DNA of 62,495 nt, filler included, from Jimgerdemannia flammicorona (lineage: Eukaryota): the NCBI GenBank assembly GCA_003990765.1. It is 3 parts of 3 records of this genome, joined end to end, with 100 filler letters (N's around TTAATTAATTAA, not from the genome) between each part and the next. Parts side by side here need not be neighbours in the genome. Positions count along the whole stretch, not along the records: positions 1 to 20,771 come from RBNJ01001592.1; 2 more parts are not named here. One strand, given 5' to 3'. Below are positions 1-12,233 of the stretch, piece by piece. Below the pieces are notes generated by a model. That model was not told the origin of the DNA and ran no database searches. It saw only the letters and a program-made list of their open reading frames with translations. Both the position numbers and the translations under genes were made by a program. Numbering within the stretch: position 1 is the stretch's first letter; every line of letters begins with the position of its first letter.

Positions 1-112
1 ACAATTTCGTAGCCTAGGTTAATGGAGGGATATTGTTAGGTGGGTGGTGGGGGAGGGTTTTGGCATATATAGTCTAGGTTCCCTTCCAATAAAATCCGCG
101 GGACTTGAGTCC

Positions 113-156
<44 letters not shown>
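1..156 (+). mobile_element. 3' end of a LINE with poly(A) tail
   Basis: G-rich 3' sequence, AATAAA at 88-93, GGAC-ttga-GTCC hairpin at 101-112 and an A-run at 116-156. The layout matches the 3' ends of the other LINEs in this window. Confidence 0.7.
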
Positions 157-158
<2 letters not shown>

Positions 159-530
159 CAAGTAGAAATCTGTAACTAATATAATGAACTAACAAAAAGA
201 GTACCTTGTCAGATATAGTAACTATGTTTATTCAAGAGTTCTTAGATATAGACACTTTGCTGCTCTCTAGAAGACAGTTAACTTCCAGAAGGGTTTGATA
301 GCAAATGTGTTACCTCTAGATCAATGTCACCCATAGATTGGACTTTGGTTTGATCAACTTACCTTTGGAATAATGAAAAAGAGAAATAATATATTAGTCA
401 AATACTATGTATTGAGGGCTATTAATCACTAGTCTTATATAAAATGAACTTATTGTTAACAACTGAGATACTTCATATTAAACAAATAATATATTTATAG
501 GAAGCACAGCATATCTTCTAGTTGTTTTAT
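157..530 (-). pseudogene. Decayed intron-containing gene relic, paralogous to ~13850-14170
   Basis: Shares blocks with 13950-14160 (tagtcaaata, aaaatgaacttat, cacagcata). Minus-strand translations GNTFAIKPFWKL and DNTSAI*LF*KL align. A GTAAGT donor-like motif is present. Product unknown. Confidence 0.35.
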
Positions 531-1714
531 TGTGACATACCTAGCTCAATAGAGATAAATTATAAGATTGGAGGTTGATATAGTTTAACTTGAGCCCCCA
601 GTTACTTTGTTAAAAAGTAATAAAATGTTTTAGGGTTCCTTGTTGATATTTAGTGGTATAATAGTCAATCTGGATATAATGGTTGATTTCTTTATTGAGA
701 TAGTTCTTGGGTATAGTAGTGATTTATATGTATGTAGTACAAATAGGTTTTTTCTGAGATAGTAAATGATTTCTGTATAATATAACAATTTTCCAAAAGT
801 ATATAATTTCTATACAATAATCTCTGTATAGTATAATGATCTTCAAAAATATGTAATTTCTACATGATAATTGTATTTTCAAAAATATGTAAATTTAGTA
901 GAGAACTTGATTTGGTATGGATTTTCCTGAATCAGTAGACTTCTTAAATATAGTAGATAACTTAGATAGTATAGATTCTTCTGAATCAGTAGCTTACTGA
1001 GAAATAACTCAGATGGTATAGATAACTTAGATGACTTAGAGAACTTGGATGGTGGATTCTTAGCAAAGTTACATCAAAGACTGGCTTTGTTTGTACAGGG
1101 TTATATCAGATAGACTAGGTTTACTGTAAAGTTATATCAGAAGACTGGCTTTGTGGTAAGATTTCTATAGTAGGCTCTCTGGGAATAGTAAATAACTTGA
1201 AAATAATGGATGATATAGATTCTTTAGGCTTATTAGCAAGTGAACCAAAAATATAGTAGACTATCTTGAAAATGAACTCATTCTTTATATTAGAAACTAG
1301 ACCAGAGTAGAAATGGCAAAGCTTACAATCTCCTAGCAGTAACTATAGAGTTCCTCTCAAAGTGTGGTAGGTAGACTTATCTTTTGCTTTTGGATTCAAT
1401 TTTGGACTGAGGTTTATTCACTCTTGTCTCTGGAGTATTTTATATAATTATAGTTGCTATCTGGTTACTATGTTACTAATTATAGATTACTATCTATAAC
1501 AGATATACCTGGACAATATAGTGTACTGAACTGGTATAGTATATTGACTCAGTATATATAGTATACTGAATCAGTATAGATAAATATACTATTTCTGATA
1601 TTTCTGGCTAATTATACAGATTGACATAGTAAAGCAGTCTTGATTGCTTAGTATACTAGATATGATATGTGGCTAATTTATGATTTTGGTAGTATAGTTC
1701 TGCTGCTTATAATA
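531..1714 (-). repeat. 3' LTR of Gypsy copy 1
   Basis: Starts TGTGACA at 531 and aligns throughout with 9531-9731 plus 11276-12229. A PPT-like AGTGAGGACTGA lies adjacent (reverse complement of 1715-1726). Confidence 0.88.
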
Positions 1715-1766
1715 TCAGTCCTCACTAAAGGATGGTCTGTTCTCAGACTATCCTTTAGTCATTATT

Positions 1767-1955
1767 ATTTTATTTTTTTTATTATAAAGACTTCCAATTT
1801 ATTACCAAACCATCTATGATATACTAACACAAATGAACTCCTCACTCAATTCTACTCAGAAACTCCCTCTCTCCCTCACTATTTTCCCAAAACACTACTG
1901 ACCCCTCTGCTACTCTAATCCTCTCCTCACTCTTCTTACAGATTATCTCCACTAA
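1767..1955 (-). mobile_element. 5'-truncated LINE 3' fragment inserted in the end of Gypsy ORF3
   Basis: Decayed T-tract and TTTATT, then cctctcctcactcttcttacagat, which matches the reverse complement of the LINE 3' end at ~35335-35360. Absent from Gypsy copy 2. Confidence 0.6.
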
Positions 1956-1959
1956 TTAT

Positions 1960-2469
1960 CTATGATACCCCCTATCAGTACTCTCACCTCTCCACTACTA
2001 TATCTGAACCATTATCTTCATTTAGATCAGAGTTACTCTATTTAACAGATTCTTCTTCTTCTGGAAACAGGATTTTAATATGATTGATAATACTCAGATA
2101 GGTGATAGGATTTGTTTATTATATATTTTTCAGAGAGAACTATGTCTGTATCAGTACTGAGGTATTTCATTTGTAGATTATATATAATCTATCTGCAGTA
2201 GTAGTATTTTTTCAGATCAGGTCAGTGGAGTTTCTTATATAGGTTAGGTCTGAGACTGGAAGGTTCTACAACTGCTCTCTAATTACATAGTAGGCCTGTA
2301 GCTGGTAGACTTGTAGTAAATGTCTGGCCAGGGTGAGATTCTTCTGATGAGTCTGAATTTGTTAGAGAGAGTTTCTATTGGCTTGGCAAAATTATGGTAG
2401 GAGAACTAGAAGTGATTAGAATGAACTCAGGACAAGGGTCTAGAGGTACTGGTCAATTGTCTGATTCAT
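1960..2469 (-). pseudogene. Gypsy extra 3' ORF (ORF3), degenerate
   Basis: Homologous to the intact ORF at 22139-22654. Its ATG (2469-2467) overlaps the integrase TGA (2468-2466). Confidence 0.75.
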
Positions 2470-3531
2470 AATATAGAGAGAAGTATATCTTGAGATAGTT
2501 GATATATACTGGTGTTCTTAGGGTTTGTTTATCCATACTTCTTAAATAGATACTGGTTCCTCTGATATTATGTATAAGATAAGGTTCTTCCCATTTGGGT
2601 TCCAGTTTGGTAGCTAAGTTTATTTTAATCATACTTCTTCAAACTAGTACTTGATCTCTAATATTAATCTTCTGATCCTTCTACTTCTAGTCATAGTACT
2701 TCTTTTATCTCTCTTGGGCCTTGATAATCTGAACTTGTACTTGATTATATAACTGTTCTGTTTTCTTGAGGAGGTCTCTGAGGTTCTTATAGTCAGCAAT
2801 TCTGGTTTTCTTAGCAAACATCATCTTGAAGAGCTTTTGTTTAGTGGAGGTAGCAGGGGTGTTTTGAATTTCCCATAAGATCTCAGATAAGCAGAGGTCC
2901 CAGTTAATAGGATTAACTTGGGCAAGTCCTTTCTTGATGATCTGATTCATTCATTCTGTCATACCATTGATCTGAGAGTAGTATGATATAATCTGTTTGA
3001 GATAGATCTTATAAATTCAGATATAACTTGTAATTATATTATTGATAATTCTGTACCTTAATTAGAGATGAGTTCTTCTGGGAGTTCATATCTGAGTGTG
3101 AGTCCATGGAGGAGACCTATAATGATCAAGACATCTGTGATTTCTATTGGGAAAGCTTTGGACCACTTGGTCAGATATTCTACAAATATAAGAATATACT
3201 TATTTCTTCTCAATATAACTAACAGAGGTCCAATTACATCTACTCCTCATCTCTAAAAGATATTGTCTAGTAGTATGATTGGTTGTAGTAGTGCTTGATA
3301 ATTCTTCCTTCCTTAGTACTTCTGATAGATGTCATATTTCTTGAGTATATTCCAGACTTATGTTCTGAGATTGGGTCAATGTTGATATGTTACTTACAAT
3401 TTTTCTTTTATATTCATCTGTCCTTGGTGGGCTTTCTGGTATTCTTTTTAGATGAGATCTTTTTGTATTTTGATTGTCAGAAAAGTTTCCTTTAGGATGC
3501 AGTTCCTCAGTATACTCTTCTTCTGATTCAT
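2466..3531 (-). pseudogene. Gypsy integrase (HHCC + rve + GPY/F)
   Basis: Decayed motifs GVDVIGPL, VEYLTKW, PEELIS, NGMTE*MNQIIK and PKWEEPY; aligns with 21077-22142. Confidence 0.9.
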
Positions 3532-4950
3532 TGGGATTGGTGGAAAAGTATATTAACATTATTGTGAGCTTTCTCTACTTTGTGGATAATAGTGATTTTA
3601 TAATCCAGAAGGATGAGAATCTAGTAGACTAGAATTCTGATAGATTTCTTATAATTGAATAACTACTTGAGGGCAGTATGGTCAGTTATTAGGGTGAATC
3701 TTTTTCTGATAAGGTAATACTTGAACAGAGTGACTGCCTATATAACTGTGAGATATTCAAGTTTAGTGCTGCTATAGTTAGTTTGCTGCCAATTGGTTGC
3801 TTGGCTTATATAAGCTATTATATAGTATTGTTGGTCAGGTTCTTCTTGAGCTAAAATTACTCCAAGGCCATCTTTGGAGGCATCTGTATATAAGATAAAT
3901 GGCTTCTGTAGATTGGGGCATACAAGAATTAGTGCTGTGGTCATGTAGTGCTTAAGTTTCTTGAAGGCTTTCTCTTATAATTCTGTCTATTTGTAGAGTA
4001 CTTCTTTCTTGAGAAGGATTCAGATTGGAGTAGCAAATTGGGCAAAGTCCTTGATAAATCTTCTGTAGTAGAATATTAATATCAGAAATGATAGTATTTC
4101 CTTTAGGGTCTTGGGTACTGGCCAATTGTTAATCTTCTCAGTTTTCTTTAGATCTGTATAGATTTTTTCTTTCAAAACTATAAATCTAAGAAATTCAAGT
4201 TTCTGTTTTCCAAAGTAGTATTTCTTAGTATTGAGTCTTAGGTGATTCTTATGGATAATCTTGAATAATTCTTCTAGATAGTATAGGTATTCCTTGAAAT
4301 TTACTAAATAGATGTTTGAATTGTCTATATATATAATCAGGCTATAGTGGATCAGTAGACTATAGACTGAGTTCATTATTCTCTAGAAGATGAGAGGTGT
4401 ATTGCAAAGTTCAAAGAGCATTTAGAGGTATTCAAACAGTTTTTCTAAGGTAAGAAAGGCTGTTTTCTGAATATTCTTAAGGTCTATAGTGATTTTGTAG
4501 AATTCTATATACTGCTGAAGTATCTGGTATCTTATAACTAGTATAACAGATTATTGATTCTGGGCAAAAGATAGATATCCTTTTTAGTGACTAAATTGAG
4601 TTTTCTATAGTCTATACAGAATCTCCATCTTCCTTTCTTTAGTACAATAAGTATAGGGCTGGTCCAAGAACTAGTCCAAGAGCTGGTTGAGGATCAAATG
4701 ACTCTATTGTCTAAGAGTTCTTGAATGTATTACTTTTCAAATACTTTTAGATAATGGGGTATTCTATAGAGTTTCTGCTGGATGAGTGTTATATCTTCTG
4801 TATTTATACTATAGTAATATGATGGGTTATATGGTAGGTTGCCATAATTAGTAGTGAAGATATCTTAATATTTGTTGAGGAGTTCTACTAGTTGATGTCA
4901 TTGCTGGAGTGTCAATTCTTCTCTAATGTTGGTAAAAGGCTTTACTGTCT
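3528..4950 (-). pseudogene. Gypsy reverse transcriptase and RNase H
   Basis: ORF fragments with IYIDN (YxDD), LEFLRFIV, YYRRFIKDFAQFATP, LYTDASKDGLGVILAQ and NYSSTKLEYL. Confidence 0.92.
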
Positions 4951-5349
4951 CCTGGATTGCAGAGGGGCCTTTTCTTTCTTCTGAGACCTTTTATCTTTTC
5001 CCAATAAGTTTAGCTCATAGACTTCTCTATAAGTTTGGTTAAGAAAGGGCACTAGATACTCTATGATAGTTCCTTTTAGCAAGATAATGCTTTTCAACTC
5101 TGATTGGTTGCTCAGAAGTGTACTAGATTCATCTTGTTAGAGAATGTATATCCTTCAATATTCAGATTTGGGATATCTTTATTGGGTTTGAAGAAGAGAT
5201 TCCTGGGATCAGGTAGTGCAAAGATTTTGAAGGTAGTTTGCTCTCTAGGCTCCAGAATGAGATTTTTGTGTAGTTTGACTGATTGGTAATACACTTACTA
5301 GAGAGCATTCTTTTTGAGATGATTGATCTGAAGGAGATATACTTTCTTC

Positions 5350-5755
5350 TTATCTGAGCTTCCAAATTCTTTATCTTATCTTATTTCTTTAGTCAGTTGG
5401 GAGACTTCTTGTAATTGAGGTATTTTGATCTTCATGAAGACTGCTTAAATGATCTTCTGTCCTCTAAGAATTCAGTGTCATTCTATACCACTGTTATATA
5501 GAATAATCTTGATTTCACCTCTGTATTCTGGATCTGTAGTTTCTCCTTCTACTATTACTCCTTATCTGGTAAGTCCAGACTTTGATATCAGTTAGATATA
5601 AGTTTCTTTGGGTGGCTATATGGCTAATCCAGTTCTGAACATCAGTATTCTTCCAGTTTTGATGAGTTTATCTTCCAGACTGTAGAGATCATACTCTATA
5701 TCATCATGGTGAGCTTTGGTTGGGAGTTTGGCCTTGAGATGTAGCAGAATATACT
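5350..5755 (-). pseudogene. dut: dUTPase domain inside the Gypsy pol region
   Basis: Manual translation shows all five trimeric dUTPase motifs in decayed form: AKLPTKAHHDDIEYDLYS, SKSGL, GETTDPEYRGEIKIILYN, GQKII* and IR*DKEFGSSD. Confidence 0.88.
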
Positions 5756-7089
5756 AGGCAATATCCTTAATGAGTTTGGGTTATTCTTGAGATAAAGCTC
5801 CACTGGCAGAAAGTCTCCAAGCTCTGAGGTTGAGGTTTGGCCATCTGGCTCCAGTAGAGGGATCTTGGAGATAGTTTATTTCTCTCTTTTCTATAAGGTC
5901 TAGGGCTTCTATGAAATTGGTGGCATCTTCTACCTATTCTCAGCAAGTTACATATCTGATATGTAAGAGCTAGGATATCTTCTTCTAAATCATAAATCTT
6001 AGAGGTCCTTCTTTCTGGTTTCTTGGCTTGACTTTTTCAGATCTAATCTCTGTTATTTCCTCTCTTCAATATGTAGATTATAATATCCTGGCTAAGGTAA
6101 TTCTTCTGATGCCTGCAGTCTCAGTAGTCTGGGTGTCTTCTATGGTTACAATATTCTATTGCTCAGAAATTCTGTTCTCAGTTATTGATCTCTTATTATC
6201 TTAAAAATCAGTATCTATCTTAGTCATAAGTTGGAGGGAGAGTGATCAGGAGATATACTTCTATTTGGATAAAGAGATCTTACTCTCTAAATTAACTTTA
6301 TAATCTTATAGTGACTTCTTGAAAGATAGTTGACTATACAATGATAGTTGGGAGTCTTAATCTTCAGGGTCTCTGTCTTTCTTATAGATCTAGTAGATGG
6401 CACTAATATCAGTAGTCTCAGAGAGAGTGGAAGACTATTTGATATAGACATCTTCCTAGCTAAAAGGCTCTTTCTTGGTATATTTTTTACTTTGGAATAT
6501 AGAAATTGTACTGGATATTTCCTCAATATTCCAGTAATCATTATCTTTAGGTAGTGTCCAGCAAGGATCATCTTAGAGAATAAGTTCAGAGACCTCTTCT
6601 TCTTTAGATACTTCTTGTTCAGGAATCTCTTGTTTAGGGGTTTCTTCTTTCTTTAATAATTCTTGATCCCAGATTGCTTATACTTTTACAGCTTTAGCTG
6701 CAGATATCTCTGGAATATGTCTATATTTCTTCTTCCTTCTTCTGTACTCAGGCTAGGCTATATCAGGTGAATTCCTTGTTTCAATGATCTTAGATGAGTG
6801 TTTAGGACACTTGTATCTTTTAAGACAGGTGGAATATCCTTTGATCTATCCTACAATAGCTCTAATTGTAATAGGAATAGTATTCCTGGCCTACATATTG
6901 TCTTCTGGCCTATTATCTACTAGGTTAATTTTGAGATTGAGTCTAGAATAATTTCTATCTTCAGATTCTTCTTCCTCTTCTGTGGTAGATTTTTTACTAT
7001 TGATATATTCTTCCTGGATAGTGATATTCTTCTTCTTCTTTGATTGCTTATAACTGGTTATCTTAACTCTATACTTCTTGCCTCAGTAG

Positions 7090-7420
7090 TGAAACTTGAG
7101 TACTTGTTGGCTGATATCAATAACTGCATTTATTTCCATTATCCAGTTGGTACCAAGGATCATGTCATAGATAACAGCTTCAGTGATAACAACTTTTGGA
7201 ATAGAAAACTGAATATATTTTAGAGAGATAGTAATATTTCATACTTCTTCAAGAGGTTGAGTTTGGGTTTTATCTGCTACTATGATACTGAGGTTAGATA
7301 GTCCATCAATAGACCATTAGAGGGTATCTAGGAATTATTTAGCAATGATACAGATAGCTGCTCTTATATCTATAAGAATTTTCACCTTTTGTCCTTCAAT
7401 ATCTTTATATAGATAGGTGC
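7090..7420 (-). pseudogene. Retropepsin aspartic protease
   Basis: IEGQKVKILIDIRAAICII (decayed DTGA) and YDMILGTNWI. Confidence 0.85.
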
Positions 7421-7699
7421 TGATATATCTCTCTGCAGCTTGGATAGGAGTGGGAGCTGGCTCTTGCTGTGGGATTGGGACTTGACCAGTGCTAGACCTA
7501 GTGGTCCTCAATAGTTTATTTCAGACTCTAGCTGATATCAGTTGTAGGAACTGTAGGAGAGGAACTTCCATCATGGCTTCTTGAATTTTCTGTTAAGCTT
7601 CATTATAGATATCTCTGGGTATAGTCTTTGGAATATACTTCTTCTTTGAGCTTTGGGACAGTAGGTTTCTATTCTTTTTGCTCCATTTATTTATCTTTG

Positions 7700-9470
7700 G
7701 GAGGTAGCTCATTTGTTTTGAGAATAAAGAGTGAGAGAGACTAGGAAGGTACTTCTACTTACTTCTCTTCATATTCTTTATCTTCTTCTTAAATTCTTCT
7801 GCTGGTATTCCTGGATAGTCTTTCCACAGGTCTCTTTCTTTTCTCTGCTGGGTAGACTGTCTTTCTGATAATAACTTTGGCTGAGTATAAGTCTAGGTCA
7901 CTATAGTCCTCACTATTGCTTACCTCTTTGAAGTCTTCAATAGGATTAGTCTCAGTCTTCTTGTACTGGATTTCATTTCTTTGGTTTAGTGATTCTGAGT
8001 CCCTTTAGTTACTTCTTTTATTATCATATTCAGTGGTATAGTGTCTGAATTATCTATAGTAAAAGTTCTGAACTTAAGCTCTATCCTGAGCAGAGTATCT
8101 TCTTTCTTCTTGCTGATAGCTTTTATTATCTCTGAATGGATAACCTTGGTTCCTTTGTAGTATATACCCTCTGTTGTCTTGTAAGTAGCTCTAATTTTCA
8201 TATGTAGTGAGTTTTTCAATCTGCCCAACCAATCAGTCCAACTTGGAACTGAGGTCTTGAATTTTACTCCTGTTCTTCTTCCATTCTTTAGCTGGTTTCC
8301 TTTCTTCAGATTTCTCTTGTCCTTGAAGGAGTCCTTATAGAGCTTTGATCAAGATATTCTCTTTGTCATTCTTTTTGTCATAATCACTCTAGATAGTTCC
8401 TTATCTGATATTAAAAAATCCTTAGACTATATCTACTTGCTCTTCAGACCTTCTGATGTCTAGAGTATAAACATACTAAGTAATGTTCAGAAGAATTCCA
8501 TTCATGAAGATCATTGAACCTATAATGTCTTGGTTAGTGGCATTGAATCCAGTGGCATATATTTTCTTTTAAATTCTTATAAAGAATACTCTAGGTAATT
8601 CTCCAAGATTCATCTTTATTCCCATAATAGATTTCTATGCCTTGTGGTAGGTTTTGTTTTCTGCATACTTCTCAATGAGCCAGTGAGTTATGGCTTCATA
8701 TTTTACTAGCCAGATTGATACTGTATTGATGGCTGCTCCAAGGTCTGAATTTATATCATTTCTTACTTAGATGAAAATTCCTTTGGCCAGTTCTCTGAGT
8801 TGGATCTTATAGATGATAATTTTTCTTTTGAGAGAAAGGTTCTTCAGAGCTATAATTCCTTTGATTCTATCAAGGAATTCTCTTGGGTCTTCTTTAGGGT
8901 ATCTTGTAAAGGTTGGCAATGGAGTAGTCATTTCATCATTACTGTCTTCTGATTTTAGTTCTGGCTTCAATTCTGGTTCTAATAATGATTCTGATTATAA
9001 TTCTGATTCACTTTCTAAATTATTGCTGGAGTTCAGAATACTTAAGTATTCTGAGAATAGTGTTAGAGATCTTGGACAAGGTGGAATAGGTCTGGGTATC
9101 TTTGAAGGAGATATTCTCTGGTCTTCTTGTTCTGTGACAGCTGGTGGGAGAGATTCAATAGGTGAAATTGATGAGACCTCTACAGGAAATTAGACTTGTT
9201 CAATGAGGTCTTCAAGATATTATATAAGCTTATCAAAAACTCTAGCAGGACTACTTATATAATCTGATTGATCTGGTTGGTCTAATAATAAGTCTATTGG
9301 TACTAACTAGAGATTCTGTACTGTATTGGCTTCCTGTTGGGATCCTTCTGAAGCTAAGTAGTTGGTAAGTCTTAAAGTAATTACTTCTCTTTCTGTCCAA
9401 ATGCTGGTGATGACTAGTTCTTCTGTAGTGGTAGAGATTAGTATTATATCAAATATATTCAGTTTGACTA
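7700..9470 (-). pseudogene. Gypsy gag
   Basis: PLPTFTRYPKEDPREFL (gag-like N-terminal motif) and VYPAEKRKR; lies between the PBS and the protease. Confidence 0.7.
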
Positions 9471-9512
9471 TAGGTTCTTGTAAGCTAAAAAGTCACCTCA
9501 ATTTGAAATCTT

Positions 9513-9528
9513 TCTAGTTGAGCCTCCA
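9513..9528 (-). promoter_or_regulatory. Primer-binding site, probably tRNA-Pro type
   Basis: TGGAGGCTCAACTAGA lies 2 nt inside the 5' LTR. It resembles the tRNA-Pro PBS TGGGGGCTCG.. after G>A/C>T decay. The tRNA assignment is inference. Confidence 0.6.
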
Positions 9529-9731
9529 AATCTAATATATCTGGCTCAATAGAGGCAAATTACAAGATTGGGGATTGGTATAGTTTGGCTTGAGCCCCTA
9601 GTTACTTTATTAAAAAGCAATAAAATATTCTAAGATTTCTTGTTAGTATTTAGTAGTATAATAGTTAATCTGAATATAATGATTGATTTCCTTATTAGAA
9701 TAGTTCTTGGGTATAGTAGCAATTTGTGTAT

Positions 9732-11275
9732 TGTAATAGTGACCCCAGAATGATGACATCAGCACAGGAGATAGTCTTTCCTTACAAGCCACTAGATCAG
9801 AGCATAAGAAGATCATATGGTATATAAGATGAGTAATGATGACCAACTGTGAGTCATTGTGACCACAGTATAAGTATCCTGAAGAATATAAAAGAAGGAT
9901 CAAGGAACTGCAGTAGCAGCAATCAACAAGAACCACTAATCCCAAAATAGCTCAAAGACTTACCATAAATGAAATGTCTACTGCCCACCAAACCTCAAGG
10001 TCAAGAAATCACCAAGACATCTCAGTTGAGAAAAGAATGTTCTAAGACATCAGAAGAGCCATGAGGACTCACTCAAGAAGGACTCCTAGTGTCAACCTGA
10101 ATATTGCAGATCTCTATCACTTTATCCTCTATCACTGTAAAATGGAAACAAGGATCATCATTGCTACCAAATGTCTCCAAATGTGGCAGGAGTATGAAAT
10201 AGAAAATCTTCTCTGCCAGGAGTTCCCATAGGTCAGCCCTCAAGAGCTACAAGATGACACTCTCATGGATATACATATGTGAGGCAAGGATAGCTAAAAA
10301 GATCCATTAGATCTTCAGGCATGTACCATGGTCAATCTCCAACTTAGAGTATGTTAGAGTCTCAGATTTCAGAGACCTATCATCCCACTGTATCAATGCA
10401 CTAGAAGTCAGGGTGGCTACAGAAGCCCAGTCCACTATCACCCTCAATAGTAATGAAGTAGAAGACTTCTGGCATCCCATCCTCCAAGACAACTCAGACC
10501 AATTCCTGCAAGGATTGATCTCAGTATTCCAAGACTCAAGCATTCAGGTTAGATCTCCCCAAGACCTCACATTTGTCCCCTATTTTGTGGAAGAGAACCT
10601 CATAGACTAGAGAGCTCCAGATCTTGTTTCTAATTTCCTCACTGTCGAACATAATGATGTCATTGGTGATGACATCATCTCACATAACATTGAAGTATGT
10701 GAAAATGACAAATTCGCAGACCTTATCTCCTTCAAAGATATCCTGACCTCTGATGATGAGGATGAAGCCCCCATGGTTCTGAACATTCTGCTCTAAATCC
10801 CTTATTACACTGGATAATGCTAGCACTGGTATTTTGAGGTGATGCAGAATTATTCCAGTACTGGTATTTTGATGTAATACTAAATAATGCCAGCATCAGT
10901 ATTCTGATGTAACACTGAATTATACCAGTATCCTGAACCTGTACAATCATCAGTACTGACTCTGAAACTTAGTAGTTTTAGTTATTAGAATTTATATTTA
11001 GCTTTATATCTTAGCAACTATTGAATTATATTTTGTATAAATACCCCTCTTATTTCCTCTGAAATAAAGTCAGTCAATTTAGTGCAATATACACACTTCC
11101 TTGTAAGCAATCTAAGAGATAACAAGACAGTTAAAGATAAGAAGTTTGAGGACTATAAGACCTTGAGAAGGCACTCCAATAAGAACTTGCTTATAACAAA
11201 CTTGAGTTAGTCTAAAGAGATACACCTTGAAGAGAATCTGGTGTATTTGAAGGACTCAGCGATCACTATGTGACA
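9732..11275 (+). mobile_element. Solo LTR of a second family (~1.54 kb)
   Basis: TGTAATAGTGA...TCACTATGTGACA imperfect inverted termini, 4-bp TSD GTAT (9728-9731 and 11276-11279), TATAAATA at 11036 and AATAAA at 11063. Confidence 0.8.
9974..10610 (+). pseudogene. Decayed ~210-codon ORF inside the solo LTR U3
   Basis: MSTAHQTSRSRNHQDISVEKRMF*DIRRAMRTHSRR...ARIAKKIH*IFRHVPWSISNLEYVRVSDFRDLSSHCINALEV...VEENLID*, with few stops and one frameshift. Confidence 0.5.
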
Positions 11276-12233
11276 GTATATATAGTATGTATAAGTAGTT
11301 TTCTTCTGAGATAGCAAGTGATTTCTATATAGTATGATAATCTTCCAAAAGTATATAATTTCTGCATAATGATTTCTGTATAGCATGATAATCTCTAAAT
11401 ATAATTTTTATATGATAATTGTATTTTTAAAAGTATGTGAATTTGGCAGAGAACTCAATTTGGTGTAGATTCTTCTGAATTAGCAGGCTTCTTAAATATA
11501 GCAGATAACTCAGATGACATAGATAACTCAAGTGACTCAGAGAACTTAGATGTTGGATTCTTGGTAAAGTTATATCAAAGACTGGCTTCATTTGTACAGA
11601 GTTATGTCAGATAGACTGGCTCTACTGAGAAGTTGTATTAGAAAACTGACTTTGTGGCAAGATTTCTATAGCAGGCTCTTTAGAAATAGCAGATAACTTG
11701 AAAATAGTAGATGATGCAGATTCTTCAGACTTATCTGGTAAGTGAATCAAAAATGTAGTAAACTTTCTTGAAAATGGACTCATTCTTTGTATTGGAAAGT
11801 AGACTAGAGTGAAAATAGCAAAGCTCACAATCTCCTAACAGTAGCTATAAAGTTTCTCTCAAAGTATAATAAACAAACTTATCTTTTGCTTTTAGATTCA
11901 ATTTTGAACTAAGGTTTATTTACTCTTATCTCTGAGATATTTTATACAGTTGTAATTGCTATCTGATTACTATATTGCTAATTATAAATTGCTATCTATG
12001 ATAAATATACCTAGATAATACAGTGTACTAGACCAGTATAGTATACTGGCATAGTATAGTATACTGGCTTGGTATAGTGTACTGAACCAGTATAAGTAAA
12101 TATACTATTTCTGATATTCTAACTAATTATACAGATTAGTACAATAAAGCAATCTTGATTACTTAGTATACTAGATATGATATATGACTAATTTATGATT
12201 TTGGCAGTACAATTCTGCTACTTGTTACAGTAT

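Larger units (their letters stand above)
531..12229 (-). mobile_element. Full-length degenerate Ty3/Gypsy LTR retrotransposon (copy 1) with dUTPase and extra 3' ORF
   Basis: Two related LTRs (531-1714 and 9531-12229), PBS, PPT, and the order gag-PR-dUTPase-RT-RH-IN on the minus strand with many stops. The 4-bp flanks TTAT/GTAT are an imperfect TSD. Confidence 0.93.
9531..12229 (-). repeat. 5' LTR of Gypsy copy 1, interrupted by a foreign solo LTR
   Basis: Aligns with 531-1714 on either side of 9732-11275 and ends TGTTACA at 12229. Confidence 0.88.

Noticed and set aside
7706..7716. ATGA upstream of the protease as a third stop/start junction
   Set aside because: The gag frame does not terminate at that TGA, and only one decayed copy is available.
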